Origin: Lama glama
Taxonomy: Eukaryota
Length of the DNA: 64,000 bases
Assembly (NCBI GenBank): GCA_028534125.1
Contig: CM052818.1
Span: 45,076,001-45,140,000 of the forward strand
Reading direction: 5' to 3'
In this document: positions 1-14,288 of the stretch, piece by piece
Layout of the letters: each line of letters starts with the position of its first letter
Numbering within the stretch: the first letter of the stretch is position 1
Notes under the pieces: generated by a model
The model's database searches: none
The model's input: the letters and a program-made list of their open reading frames with translations, nothing else
What the model was told of the DNA's origin: nothing
Translations under genes and position numbers: made by a program

Positions 1-2920
1 AGAAGTTGGGATTCAAATCTTGAAAAGAGCCTGCAGAAAAGTTGGTTTCACTCCTTCCCATCCACCCAGTGAAAAATTCTCCTTTATTGTCTTCATTCAA
101 CAAGCACACAGGATAATTTGACATTGATTCTGCCCTCGATGGGCTAACAGTCTACAGATGTCATTGGATGATGACAGCAGTGGCTATAATGTGAGTTAGC
201 AGGTGCCCCGTCTCAAAGGAGAGGACAGGTCAAAGCCAGAGGGAGAGCTCCGGTCCCCTCAGCTCCTGTCCACCCAGGGGACCACTCACTGATCTGCAGA
301 CACCTGATTTGTCTTTAAAGGCTGTAGGAGACACCCATTCATGCAGAGGGGGTGGGTGGCTAGGAGGCTTGGCAAAGGGAGAACCTGGCAAAAACAAAGC
401 AACAGTGTCTGGGCCATTGTCGCCTCTCAGAATGAACGCTTCCAGGGCAGACTGTAAATAGAAAGCAGAAAATATAGCCTGGGCCAGATGTTGGAGAGCT
501 TCCAAAAAGGGCCTCGAGGTTTAACACTGTTGGGCAAAAGGGTCCATGGAGGGTTTGTGGCAGTGACAAGGGACAGAACTTGTGCAGGCCAGAGCCACTG
601 TCCCGTGGCCAGATAATGTTGGGACCCCTCCTTGCGGTGGCCCTGGGCTGCTGTCCTGTGACCAGAATCACGACAGGGCAAGGGTGGGACCAAGCCCCTG
701 TGGGCCTCTGAAAGTCTCCAGCTGTCAGCACTGGAGCCTGGTCACAGGCACCGCCCGCCAGTGGCCTTCTCCAAGGTTGGGCTGCCAAGATGAGCAGAAC
801 CCGCAGACGCCCCTCCCTTACGAATGCACACGCCTCCACGGACAGTCACCAGACACCTGTCGTGGTGACTGTGTGGCAGATGCTTCCTCTCTTGCCTGTA
901 AAACAGCACGTTCTTGGAGAAGTGGATTCTTGTCCACAGGCCGAGCCAAATGCTGCTCCCAGGACCGACTCAACCCGCCCTTCCAAGAGGACTTCTCTGT
1001 TTCAGGGACTGAGAGCTCACAGTATTTGGGCCCAGGAGCACAGCCCAGAGGGGCAGCTGGTGGGGACCGTCTCCCAGCCTGAGCACAGCATCCTCCTCAT
1101 GAGACCCTCGGAGGAGCAGATCCTCCAGCCGGACTCGTCTCCCAGGAGAGAAGCTGTCTCGTTTCCTGGATTTCTGGTCTCCCAGAGCTGGAAGGGTCCC
1201 CCAGCCACCCTTCAGTCTGGCTCCTTGCCTTGAACCAGAAAACATCTAAGGCACCAGCTGGTGCTGAATGCCGGCCCAAATCCAAGTGGGAAGCTGAGTG
1301 GAGGAGCCTGGGGAGGTGAGAAGACAGTGCTTGGCGGGAAGGGAGGGGAGCTGGCACCAGGAACACCTGTCCCCGGTGAAGCCCCAGCTGGGAGGTGCAG
1401 GCGGCAGGAGCTGGAGCCCAGGGCCAGGTTACATTAGCCCATTTTTAAGAGGAAGCCTGTGTGAGGTGCCTACATTGTAGAGAAACCACAGTATGTGAAA
1501 TCAGATTGAATCTGTGAGATGTTTGCACCTCTAAGCCACAAATTCCTGTAAGTGGAACCTACTGAAAATCCTAGGGTCGTTTCAAGTTATTATTTCAGTC
1601 AGAAGGCACTCGACTCCAAAGGTAAGAGCAATATTCTGAAATTTGAACCTTTATTGGTGAAATGATTATTGGGTTGAAAAACCTCACAAGGTCAGTAATC
1701 ACTGTGAAATCACCACGTGTGTTTCATCGCTGAGCTGTCCCCTCACTTTGCATCTACTGAGAAATAAAAATAAGACTCTAAATCGGTTGTTCATATTATT
1801 TTATGCATAAATGGGTCCTAGCTTAGAAAGACAGTGACATCATCCCAGTGAGAAAGTGACAAAGTTCATCAGCAGATGGAAAAAGCAGAGCAGGGAAAAA
1901 AATCTCTAAAGTGGAAACTGAGGTCGCCTGATCCGAAAGGCCAGGAGGGAGGCTCTGCAGATGTGCCCTGCAGACACAGAACTGCCTGCCTGGCTGGGTC
2001 TCCAGAGGGCCCTGGGCCCACGTGCAGACCACCAGGCCCACATGTCCAGATACACAGGAGGCTGTTTGGACCCAGACCACTGAGTACATGGTTACCCAAG
2101 GGTGTTACCCAACCTGGCACCAAACACCTGGGTGTGGTTGTCACGTGAAAGTCACATCTTCCAGCTGGGATCTGTGTGAGGCACCTGGCACCAGGAGGGG
2201 CTGGGGGCTGTTGGAACCGGGACTACACAGACACTTCCCTGACTTGGAGACCAGGTCATTCATTCCCTGTGAGCTGCGGTGGTAACTGCAGGCTTCCACT
2301 AGATGTAGTGCAAAGAACTCGAGTTCTTGTGCCTTGTCTGGATTCAAATCTTGGCTTCTCCGTTTGCCAGCTGGATGAGCTCAAATATGTGATCATGTAC
2401 TTTGGGCCTGGGTGTTTTCAGTCATGAGATGGGATTAACAGGCGTGAGACCAGAAATACCGCATGGGACACTCTGAGAGCAGGGGCACCTTGTAGGCACT
2501 CAGAACAAAGGAGTATCGCTCTTCATCCACAGCACCCAGAGAAAGATGCCGGGACTTTCTTTGGTGCCTACTAGAAACACATGGTAGATGCTGTCTGTTT
2601 GTCCTTCTGGGTTTCTTCCCTGTGTCTAATCTATGCAGAAATTCAAAGCGAATAGACTTGATAGGCTCCTGAAACCCCTGTTAGGCACCAGTGACTGAGG
2701 CGTCCCTCCATTGCCCTCACAGGTCTGAATCTTTTCTGAATGCCTCCAGCTGTCGGAATGGGTACCAGGAGCCGACGGCCTGGGGATGGGCCAATGTGGA
2801 AAGCCTTGGGCCCTGGCGATGAATGTGACTTCTCAGGAGGGGCGGAAGCCGGCAGGTGGAGCCAGGGCCAGGAGCTGGAGGTAGATCAGCAGGTCAGCCG
2901 GGAGGATGAAGGGCAAGCAG

Positions 2921-3086
2921 GGGTTCTCAGTCTTGGCCGCACATTGGAATCACTGGGAAGGCATTCAGAACTCTTACTGCCTGGGTCCTGCTCCCAGAGC
3001 TAATGAATTAATTGGTCTGAGGTGTGGCCTTTGTGGTAGAGTTTTTTAAGTTCCCCAGATGACTCTAATGTGCAGTCAACGTGAGA
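2921..3086. mobile_element. MER5A-like hAT DNA transposon
   Basis: ggttctcagtcttggccgcacattggaatcac..aattggtctgaggtgtggcc..ttccccagatgactctaatgtgcag. Confidence 0.75.
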
Positions 3087-6000
3087 TCCAGGATGCAGAG
3101 AGCCTGGCAGCTGGAGATAAAAAATAAGTGGTGAGGTTGGCAGCATCTATCAGGCCGCTAGATGTGAGAACACCCAAATGTTTAAAGGACGTAATAAGAC
3201 TGGCTCCTGGAACACAAAACCTTAGCCGGAGAAGACTGGCAGGAGCCCCATTTCCTGGGGTTTGATTGAAAGTTAAAGGGAGTTTGTTCTTCACACTGTG
3301 GGCTCCCCAAGCACCCTTTGCCAGTCTGAGCCCTGACCTCCCCGCACTGTAGTTAACTGATTATGTGTCTCCCAGGCTGCAGAGAGATTCTGAAAGGCAG
3401 AGGTGCTGCTGTTTATATATTATTAAATCTATACAATGTATTAAGCATCCCCGGGAACGTGCACCATGCCCAGCCCCGGTGGGTGTATGGTGAACAGAGC
3501 AGATGCCATCGTGATGACTTGTTTGATGCAACCCTGACGCTTCCAGGTTCCCCCTCCAGACAGAAGCTGCATCAGCCCTGTGCCTGGAGGGAAACAGCCT
3601 GTATCACAAATCAAGCAGTTTCACTGGGAGAAGAAGAGGAGCCTGGGGTCCCATAGGACCAGATACCCTCTCTGATTATTTGCCTAAATGAAGACTTTCG
3701 TTAATAAAAAGTAGAATTTCTAATCACCATGAACTGTTTTAGTTTAAGCAGGACATTAAGCAGCTATTAAATTTTACTAAGTGTTTCTTTAGTCCGGTTT
3801 CTTTTTTAATTTTTCGCTTGTGCTCATGAGCCACTAATTGCTGGCCTAGGGTGACGTTAGCAACCTTCCATTTGGGAGGGGAGGTGGTGGGAAGAAAAGG
3901 AACTTCGAACTGCTTTTCTGAGTCTGAGTTCAGTCTGTCAGCTTTGACCTTTCCATTCTAACTCAATGCCTATTCAACAAAAACCTTGACATTTAAAAAG
4001 GCGGCGCATCCAGCCCACATTTTTATCTTACAGGCCGACCACTTTTCAGAGCCTCCTTGTTTCAGAGCTACAGCCAAAAAAGCAGTTTGGCATTTCTGCT
4101 TCTTCTGTTCCCTAGCTTTCTGAAAAACACAGGGGAGACAGGAGGTTGAAAGATAAAAGTGTCTGTTATCCAATGGCCGTTCCCTGAACGTGTTTGCATT
4201 TGCTGGTGGGTGTCTGTGCGTGTGTCTGCACACAGCTTTATTTTGCTTTGAAAGGGGTAGGACCGCAGGTGTCAGGAAGCAAGAAAAGACAGGTGGAAAC
4301 CTACTTCAGGACACCTATTTTTAGTTCAGGTTCTATTTAAGTGGAAGTGATAACTTCAAACTAACTGGCAAGAGAAAATGAGTCTGTTTGCACAGTAATC
4401 GTTTTGCCTAAAAAAGGAGTAGCCTCTTTAAGGTATTCTGAAGGCTGAGTGAAGGGAAAAGCAAAACAGGTCACTCAGAGAAGAACCTTAAAAAAAAAGG
4501 AGGCCCTCTAAGGGAATCAGTGGAGCCAGAAAAAGATCGGATGATGGATAATGAAATCTCTGACTGAGTCAGGAGCAGCAGCGGGACTGCTGCGTTACCT
4601 TCCTCTCACACGAGGGCTTTAAGTGCCCCAGCAGGGAAAATTACTCCTTAGGGAGACTGGTCAGTGCTGGAACTTACCACCACCCAGAGGAAGGCCACCG
4701 CAGAAAGCCTGAAGCCCAGGGTCCACTCTGATCACAGTCTCTAAACTCCCGGATCCGTCGCTCTCGCTGCTGTTACAGCTGCACGTTGATCGCTTGGAGA
4801 CACCACCCTCGCCTCTCTTCTGTATCCCTCCTCCTCATCTTTGCTTCCTCCCTCGCTGGTATGGGCTCCATGGCACGTTGAGAACCAAATTCTTGCCAAG
4901 ACTCTCAACTGCCTTGTTCCCAACAACTTTCCTTCCAGGGAAAAACTCCCTCGCTGTGCAGGTTGGTGTCCACAGGGCACACTCTGTCCAGCAGTCTGGC
5001 CTTCCCTCCTAGATGAAGGGTGACAAGAGAGTGAGGGTCTGCCTCACCCACCTCGGGGACCTCCCTCGGCCTAGCCCAGTGCCTGGCACAGAGCAGGTGC
5101 TGGAAAGTGTGTGTTGAGAATCTTCTCTTTTTTTGTAGCAAGTGGGCATCCGGGCAGAATTGAAGAGTTCTTTTGTCTCTGCCAGAGTTTGCTAAATGGC
5201 ATGGGATTGCTCTCCCAGTTTGCTTGAGCACATCAGGGAAGGAAACACTGGCACAAGGAGGGTTAATGGCCTTGATGGTGACATAGGATGAGCAAAGACA
5301 GGAGCGTGGACCACTCGAAGACAACAGCCCAGCATGATCATGGGTTGACTACATGCCATAGGCAAGATGTTCTTGTGGGTTCTAAAGACGAAGAAACCCC
5401 ACCGTAGCCTGTCTCCAGGGCTCAGCATGTGGTTGGAAGGAAGAGGATGAGGGGTGGGGATGAGATAAGCAGAGGCCGCACCAGCGGGGAGGGCAGGGCG
5501 CATGTTCAAGTGAGAGCCCTGAGCAGGGAGGAGGGGGCCTGGGCTCCCAACGTGGCTCCACTGATTCTCTGGGTGATTCCAGCAAGTTATCTCTCCTCTT
5601 TCTACTTCTGTTTTTCCCCAATAAGATATGGAGTCGCCTTGGTCCCTTTTGGCTCTGATCCCCCACAACTGAAGCCGTATCAGCTGGGGAGTGGTCAGAA
5701 CTTCTTCCCAGGGAATCAGAATGTTCTTGGATGGCATGGCTTTCCCTGACTCCCTCCACCCCCTCCGGAAAGGAAACTTTCCAGAGTCTGAGGGGAGAGC
5801 AGTAGAGAGAACATTAAATTGACTTCAGCATGTGCTCTGCACCGGCTCTGCATTGAGGGCAGCACTTTGAGAATGAAAATCTGGAGTTTGGGGCCAAGAG
5901 AAGCAAGATGAATCTTATTTTTCTTTTTGGGATTTTCTTTCTGGCAGAAATATATGTTCTCTCCATCCCTCATTTGTAAAAGCAACCTAACAATAACAAT

Positions 6001-7319
6001 TAATAATAATAATAATCGTAAGCATGTCATTGTGCTGTGGCAAGCACGCGAGAAGCCGCAGGAAAGCCCTGGAACATTCCAGCCGGGCAGCGAGCTCTCT
6101 GGTCTTACCTTCCTCATCCCTCCTGCCATTTGCCTTCCCATCTCCCTGAGTTCTGAGAAAAGTCTCCTAGCTTTTCTCCTGGGCTTAGCCACTTCCATGA
6201 CTTCTGCTTTGTATTCAATTGAATTAAAAAATACCTATTTCCTGTTCTGCTATTGCGTCTCTTAACTTTCAAAGAATTTCACACAAGTGAATGCAACCTT
6301 GGCGGCCATATTATATTTCAAGAAAATTAAAAAGAAATGTTATTTGGAAATTATGGAAAATTGGCAGGTAATGGGGCGCAGCTCTGATTCACACAAAATA
6401 GATTCCCTAACTCACTGGAATGGGCTTGGCTGGGGGAGGGCAGGCAGAAGGATTTGGAAGGCAGAGGAATGCCTTGAAATGCATCTCATCTACTTTTTGG
6501 GACAATTGAGAACCCCCTTCTTTCTTTTTAGGGGAAGCATAATTTTAAAATAGTATGCCTCCTTTTCAGGAACATTCTAAAGCCAGTGGAATAGCAGATT
6601 CTGTTTTGAAATGACCTGCGTTTTAATACTATCAAAAGAACAAAACTTGAAACCCCCAATTTCCCAAAGATAAATGATAATCGTTCATTACAAAAGCATT
6701 GACTGTTTTCAGCAAACAAGCGATCAGTTTGGGAGGAGCTGTCATTTGTGAAAGTAATCATAATGTTCAACTTACAGCTTTTCAGTGAATCACAGGAGAG
6801 GACTACTTTAGCCCACGTTTAATATTTTCATGAATTGCTCACAACCTTGAGTGAGGATCAGATTTACCTAAATGGATAGTTTAGGCCCAGAAAGATCAGG
6901 CCTGCCAGGGAGCAGGGATGTTTCTGTGTTTTCTGTTGCGGGATATTGGATGGCAGCTCTCAGCCTCCCTCTGTGTGGAAGGAAAGATCGCGCTGGATTC
7001 TCCTCCTCTGGGTGTGTTTTGTTTTGCCATCAATTTCAGGTTTTGAGACCAACCTTTGAAAACTTGGTCATTTTCTCCCAGGCATCATGCCAACAATTCT
7101 TGTACTTGTCCCCCTGGGGATAACGGAAAGAAGATGGAACTTCTGGCCCCAAACTGCCTTCCTAAAGGTCACTTAGCACATAGCTGATTCCCTCTGACAG
7201 TTACGCACCTTCTGACCCAATACTCTTTGCGATCAAATGACAAGTCATAATAGGAACAATTTTTAGAGTTTCTAAATAAGAGTGTCTTTAAATAACTTCC
7301 TAATGTTTCTTTCTCTATT

Positions 7320-8830
7320 TTTGTTTGTTTGCTTTGTCCTGCAAAGGTAATCATATATTTTAATGATTGTTTAGAAAATGCAAATTTAAAAGGAAAAATG
7401 TAGAAATTGCTCCAAATCTTTCTACCTGGTGATAAGCAATATGAGTATTTTTGTGGTTGCTCTGCGTGTGTGTGTGTGTGTGTGTGTGTACACGTATTAG
7501 CATTAGGTCATCTATTCACCCAGTAAGTATTTATCAGCATTCATTTATCATATGCTTAGCCTATTTTTAAAAATCCTGCATTACATGTAATGTACCTTTT
7601 TGAAATATAATGATTTCACTTAATATCCTTCCATAACAGTAGACAACCTCTTTCAAAATCATTTTTAATGATTTCATAGTATTTCATTGGTGCAAGCATA
7701 CCTGTTCGTATCGAAGCAAGGTGTTTCTTGAACTAATTAATGACTACTTAAACATTTATTACTTCAATATGGCTTAATATCGTTTCCTGCTCTAATCAAT
7801 ATATTATTATTTGTATTAATAGATTATAATTATAACAGTAATGGGATCAACAATGAATATTTATTTGGTACTTACCTTGTTTCAGAGACCGATTAATGCT
7901 TTACATTCACTATTGTCTCTAGTTTGCACAGTAATCCTATGAGGTACCTGCTAGTATAAATATTACCTATCAGATCATAACATTCACCCTAAATTCTCAG
8001 TTCCTGTATGCACTGGGGAAACTAGACTTTTTTCTCTTGGTGTCTTTTAACTGTACTTCAGAGTCTTTGAATTGTGACTCTCTAAAGCCAGAGAGAGATG
8101 ATAAAATATTGATTTTAAAAAGCAATAAATGTACATGGAAATATAAATTCCAACAGTACATAATACTGTATGTATTATATATTTCAGAGGTTAAAAAAAA
8201 AAGCACACATTTGCCTGTTTTTGTTTTGTTTTATCTTAATACTATGTTTAGGTCTCTCTTTGGCTTTATTAATTTGAAGCAATATTTATTGACTCCCATC
8301 CATGAAGGCTAATAACTTTGATCACTTTCACTGCCCCCCCTTCCCTCAAATCCTCCTTGCAATTTTAAAGTAATATTTATACTTCTTCTTGGGTTACCTA
8401 AGAACCTAATGGTTACCTACATAAATTTAGACATTGCCTATAAACCTTTATTCATCGATCCGTCAATTATAGGAAGTGTCTGTTCCTCTCCCATCATGTG
8501 ACGATGGCTAATTCGTGCCCCTACACGTCTCCCCACCTCTGCTCACTGCACCCACACTCCGGCTTTTTATTCTACCATCGCTTTTATATTGTCATCCTTC
8601 AAACATTGCTATTCTGTCTTGTACTTCTAATTGTTAAAGTCTTCCCCGATTTTCCTGTGTGTTGAACATTGAAACCAAATAAACAATGCCTATCACATAA
8701 CAATGGTGTAAATGATATTCAACATAGAACCAGTCAATAGAGAAGAAATAACAACTACATTGCTAATTCTGGGATGCTGAAGGGAAATATTCTAAATGAA
8801 TTTTCTTTGCTTACATCCTCTCAGTTGCTC
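7320..8830 (-). mobile_element. AT-rich patch of probable ancient L1ME remnants with a MIR-like piece
   Basis: Degenerate antisense-L1-like T-rich sequence (tttttaatgatttcatagtatttcattg); family not certain. Confidence 0.4.
7467..7489. repeat. (GT)n microsatellite
   Basis: gtgtgtgtgtgtgtgtgtgtgt. Confidence 0.9.
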
Positions 8831-8867
8831 AAAATCATGTCTGGTTTCATTATTGCTTTTGCATTAC

Positions 8868-9812
8868 GAGATGGCTCACAATGCGTCTCACTTTTGGGTT
8901 TTCATGCCCTGTGTGGTCCCTTCCCTCACTCAGTAAGGGTTGGCCCATGTGACCAAGAAAATGTTATGGAAGTGACAGTGTGTTATTCTGAGGCTAAGCC
9001 ACAGAAGACATGGCAGTTTGCTCCTGGACTCCTCTGGGATCACTCGTGCTAGGGGAAGCCAGCTGCCATGTTGTGAGGATGCTCAAGCTGCCCTGTGGAG
9101 AAGGCCACATGGAAGGAACTGAGCCAGCATCAGCTCCCAGTCATGAGAGGGGGCACCTCGGAAGCAGCGCCTCCAGCCCCAGGTAAGTCTTCAGAAGACT
9201 GTGGCCCAAGCTGACCCTGAAATGCAGTTTCCTGAGAGACCTGGAATCGGACCCACCTAGCCAAGCCACTGATGTCCTGACTCGCAGAAACTATAGGGGA
9301 AAAAGGAATGTGTAGGATGGTATTGGCCAGAGGACAGACTGTGGCAGCCAGCCTCCCAGGGGGCCCCCGGTGAACTTCACTCTGTGATGTCATGCCCTTG
9401 GGTGGTCTCTGCCCACGGTGGACCACGCTGGCCTGCCTGGCCTGTAAAATCCAGCAGGAGCGACAGTGTGTGACTCTGAGGGCCTCTCTTGCTCTGGAGG
9501 AAGCCAGTCACAATATCACGAAGATGCTGCAGCAGCCCTGGGGAGGGACCCGTAGAGAGAGGAGCCGAGGCCTTCCACCAAGAGCCAGCATCATGCTCCC
9601 AGCAGTGTGAGCGAGCCACTGTGGAAGCAGACGCCCCAGCCCAAGGCAAACCTTCAGATGCCAGCATCTCACCTGCAACGCGCCAATCAGAACCACCCGC
9701 ACAACTGCCCCCCATTCCTCACATACGGAAACCAGGAGTGATAACGAGTGTTCGTCGTGCTTTTGAGCCACAAGTTCCTGTGTAGTTTGTGACGCCTCAT
9801 AGAGCAATAACA
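8868..9812 (+). mobile_element. Two adjacent old MLT1-type LTRs (about 8868-9300 and 9340-9812)
   Basis: Each unit has catgccct..tggtc, aagtgacagtgtg/cagtgtgtgactctgagg, gaagccag(c/t)..atg and ccccagccc..ccttcagatg motifs in the same order. Confidence 0.65.
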
Positions 9813-12509
9813 CGCCTTTCTATCTGTGTCGTGCCTTTTGGGTGAAGCTGATTGCTTTTGCTGGCGTTCAGAAAAGAGTCTCCATTTGGTGTTAACGGAA
9901 GAAACGTGCTTTCTTCTGCTATTTTGGCTTCTTAGTCAAATTCTTTTTGGAATGATCAGGTCTGGGCTTTTTAGTCTGGCCACACAGCTATTGCCATTCA
10001 ATCATTTATCCAAGAAATATTTATTACTCCTGGGTGCCAGGCCTTAGGGATACAGTGGTGACTGTGGTGCCAGACTCACAGGAGGTCCTCAGTTAATGAT
10101 GGTTCCGTGGCCTGGAGGCAAGAAGAAGTGTCTGCAAGGAAGCATGTGTGACGAGAGCAGAGAGGAGGATTCCAAACCAGAGAAAACGCTGGTGAAGCGC
10201 CCTAGAGTGGGGTTTTTCAGGAGCAGTGATGAGGCCAGAGCAGGTGATGAAGTGAGGGGAGAACAGGAGGTGGTGAGGGCACGGGGATGGGGTGGCGGGC
10301 AGACCCGGCGGAGCCACAGAGGCCACCCGAGGCCTTGGGCAGTGAGCACGGGAACTTTTGCTGCACCGTGTTCACAGCTCCAGGAATCGTGACCGGCACA
10401 GGACAGGTGCCTGTTAACATGTGCTGAACGGTGGAGTAAGCGGATGCGTGATGTGTCTTTCCCAGTCTCTGCAGCAGGCAAAATATCTGCTTAGAAAAAC
10501 ACGGGGCATGTGGTCATCAGGCTCCTCTCCCTGAAGCGCGGCATCGACTTCGTGGCTGTCCCTCAAGGGCCTTTTTAGACGTTTCCTATTAGCCCCTACC
10601 CCTGTGAAACTTTCGTATGACAGACTCACTGCCTATCTGCTTATGCCCTATGTCTTCACTCCGTGCTTCACACATAAAAAGAGTAAAAAATGTTCACCCT
10701 GAGAACCAATTTTGGCCCTCTTGGGGGACTATCACTTGTGTTGGGTGATTTAACAGCAGAATATTCCAAAACAATTTTGAAAGAATATAAGGTTTCAAAA
10801 ACCAGAGCTGTGCAGCAGTGTTGTGGTAGAACAGGGAAATTAGTCCTCTGATTTGAGGACAAGTCTGAATTCCGTGCCATTAACCCTGCTGTCACCCTTG
10901 TGCTGTTAGCCCCCTCCTGACAGTGAAGCTGAGCACAGAGCTGGCAAGTAATCCGGCCAGATTTCAGGGCAGCTCTATCCCAGGATTGCCCTCTGGGAGC
11001 ATCTGTTCAGCCCTGGGCCTCAAGGACCACTCTGTGAGACAGGAAGCCAGGGTCCCGCCCGCGGCAGGAGCCAGTTCACACATACAGATGGCCGGCATCT
11101 CAGAGCCCAGTGACTTCACACAGAGATGCGGATCAACCACGAGAGTGCTAATCCTTCAACCTAAACACACCGCCTCCCCCTCCCCTGAGGTCCCCCTGAT
11201 GCCCCAGCCAGAGACAACCCCCAAGTCCTGAGCCCAGCGTCGCCCTGACCACGTATCTGGCACGGTCATTGCCTTATGACGTACTGGGCTCTTTCATGCT
11301 GTGTTTCTCCTTCTGGAAGGTGTGTGCTGTCCTCCCTGGCCCTAGCCCAGCGCTCCGAGCACAGTGGGCTGTCGGCTCACGTCTGAAGCAGGAACTGTGG
11401 GGCCTGGGCCAGTACATGGCAGTTAATGACTTCTCTGTCTGCCTCTGAGAGAAGGTGCTAATTAGATACGTGGGGATGCAGGGAAGCCACACCCGACCCT
11501 GAGTGAATCAGGTTTAGATCATCCATTACTAAGGAACAACTGGACAGCTAATTGTCTGTGGAATAGCCGTTGTATCAAATTATGCGCTGATTTGAAGGAA
11601 CCGGTAGCTGCTCATTACTGAGGTCTTCCTGCGGAGGGGAGGGACTCTCGCTGAGTCTTTTAAGTGGCTTTCGGAGTCCCTGTCCAAGATGCTCCTCTTG
11701 GTCATCCTGGTCATCCCTGCAGCCCCGGGCACCCCGTCCCATCCTGCAGCCCAGGAAGCCCACCCCAGAGTCCCAGGGGTGAGGGTAGGCCAAGGGGAGC
11801 ACATGCTTCCTTCCCGTGGCGAGCTCTCTCATGGGCTTCAAGACTTTGACCCACTGTCTTGGCCTTTTGGACCCATCACATAGGATGGGGCCTCCCCTCT
11901 GTCCCACATGAAGAAAAGCATTGTCATAGCCGCTGGCAGCAAGAGGAATAAGGAAGGAGGCCGGCTCGTCTGGGCCTGGGGACTCCAACTGTGGGCAAAG
12001 CCTCTCATCGGCTAGAGCAGCTCGCCTGGACCGGAGCAGAGCTGGGTGCATGAGGGCTTGTGTGCCGCTGGGGTCCAGAAACACCAGGCAGAACCGCTCT
12101 GGCTGCCCAGGAGCCTGGCCCTCTGGTCTTGCCCTCAAATCAGCCCCCTTCCCTACTGCTTCTCACTCGCCAGCCAGTCACGGAGGCTCCGTGATGGTGC
12201 AGCCCCCTCGAACGTGCTGTGGGGCAGGCCCGCCCTTCAGACTGTGGGGCCTGGGACAAACAGGGGCTCTCACACCATGAGTCTAAATATTTAAAGGTTC
12301 TATGCCGAGCTAACAGACTGTTAGATAAAATACGTCCCATCCTATTACCTTGACCAGTATACCTTTATAATCTCAAAACAAAAAAATATGTGCAATGATA
12401 CAGCTTGTATGCCTGGAATTTGGTAATCCATGGAAGATGTCGGAATATAATATTTTCTATGTCTGGCTGCTGATAGGGTGAAACTTTTCTCGCTGGGGGC
12501 CCCGTACAC

Positions 12510-12820
12510 GCTCAGCCCTCTGCCTGGGATTCTGACCCTCAGTCTCTGTTGGGGTGGCTCCCCCTCACGTCGAAGTCGCACCCTGATCACCCGACTCTAC
12601 CTCACCCATCACCTTTGGTCAAGTTCCTTCTTAGAACTGTTGGAAATAATAATACATATTTTTTTTACCTGTTTGCTGGCTGCCTTCTCCGCGAGGAGAG
12701 CTCAAGGAGGCAGGGACATGGTGCACGATGCTTGTAGCTAAATGCCCAGCAGCAAATACAGAGCCTGGCTGGTACTTAAACATGCGTTGAGAAAATGAAT
12801 GAATGAATGAATGAATGATG
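12510..12820. mobile_element. L2 3' end with (GAAT)n tail
   Basis: gcctggctggtacttaaacatgcgttgagaaaatgaatgaatgaatgaatgaatga, a typical L2 terminus. Confidence 0.6.
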
Positions 12821-12954
12821 GACAATCAGTGGTATGAAGACTTTAGAAATTGCTAGGTGAACAGAAAACTGGTCCAGAAGGAAGCATCAGAAACTTAGGA
12901 GCAAATGTAAGCTGCTTAAAACAAGTTCTATGCTTTCACTGAAGATAAGAAGTG

Positions 12955-13365
12955 TGGGAAACAAACACAGAGAACAAACTTATGGTTACCAGGGGGTAGA
13001 AGGGGTGGGAAGGAATACACTGGGAGCTCGAAATTTGCACCCCTTGGGAAATGATGGCTATGTTAGCTATCTTGATTGTGACGGTGGTTTCATAGCTGTG
13101 TGCGTCTATCAAAATTCATCAAATTGTATATCTGAAATATGTATAGTTTACTGTACAGGAATTATACCATAATAAAAGTGTTAAAAATAAAAATTAAATT
13201 TAAAAAACCATAATCCAATATATTGTATAGCACAGGGAATTATATAGCCATTATCTTGTAATAACTTAATGGAGTATAATCTGTAAAAATACTGAATCAC
13301 TATGTCGTACACCTAAAACAAATTAGTATTGCAAATTGACTATACTTCAATAAAAAATAATAATC
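12955..13365 (+). mobile_element. Stack of L1 3' UTR fragments of different ages
   Basis: acagagaacaaacttatggttacc, then L1M-like tatcttgattgtgacggtggtttca, then tatagcacagggaattata..ctatacttcaataaaaa. Confidence 0.7.
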
Positions 13366-14167
13366 TGAAAATAAAGAAGTATGGGAAAGAGAAAATCTGG
13401 AGAATACATTGAGATACGGACTTCAACGTAACACTTCCACGGTGGACAACGTGGGGACGAGAAGCGGGTGGCATCCCAGTGACAACTATTTCACTTCTTC
13501 TGGGGTCTTTCCCCAGTATCCTCCGATGGGCTCCCTGTAGCCATGGCAAGGGTATGTGCCCCTGTCTGCTGGACAGAATGATGGGCCTGGGGCTGTACAC
13601 CTGTCCCAGGCTGGGCCACTCCCAGCACCCTGCCCTTCTGCCACGGTTAATAGGTCCCGGGGCATGTGATCTGCCTAGAAAAATTGTGAAACTCTGAAAC
13701 GTGGGCAAAAACTGATTGGAAGTCATTTCAATGGGCTGCTAGACATTGCCTAGGGGACAGTTTCGGGGTAACTCATTCTACAGGAGTCTGTGTCTTTCAT
13801 TGTCTTTGATTATTATTCAACTTTTTAAAGATGAAAGTTCACTGTGGAGAGCCGACGGCGATGCAAGTTATTTCTGTTCATAGAAATGCAAACAGTTTTG
13901 TCCTGCCAAATTGCGATTGATTACCACCCCGAGTGGAAGAAGACAGTTGTACACTTCTCCGCAAACTCATTTCTGCATTCCTGACTGCGTGTAGGCACAC
14001 ATATACACACATCTCTCTCTTCTTTGGCTTCTTTTTTAAACTTGGCTTTTTTTTTCATCCTACTGGATCTTTCATTAATTAATTAGTTAAAGAAAATCTT
14101 TGACCTGTATCATTTCTTATTTCTAGGAGAGTCACAATTTTACTCTTAAAAAGAAAAATCAATCCTT

Positions 14168-14288
14168 ATGCTTAGCATGTATGAGTTCCTGGGTTCAATC
14201 TCCAGTACCGCCCTTTAAAAAAAAAATCAAATAAATAAAAACCTAATTACCCCCCCCAAAAAAGCCCCCAAAATTTTCTTGTTCTTAA
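14168..14288 (+). mobile_element. 5'-truncated vic-1-like SINE
   Basis: atgcttagcatgtatgagttcctgggttcaatctccagtacc plus tail aaataaataaaaacctaattacccc. TSD aaaaatcaatcctt (14154-14167) / aaaaattaatcctt (14289-14302). Confidence 0.8.
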
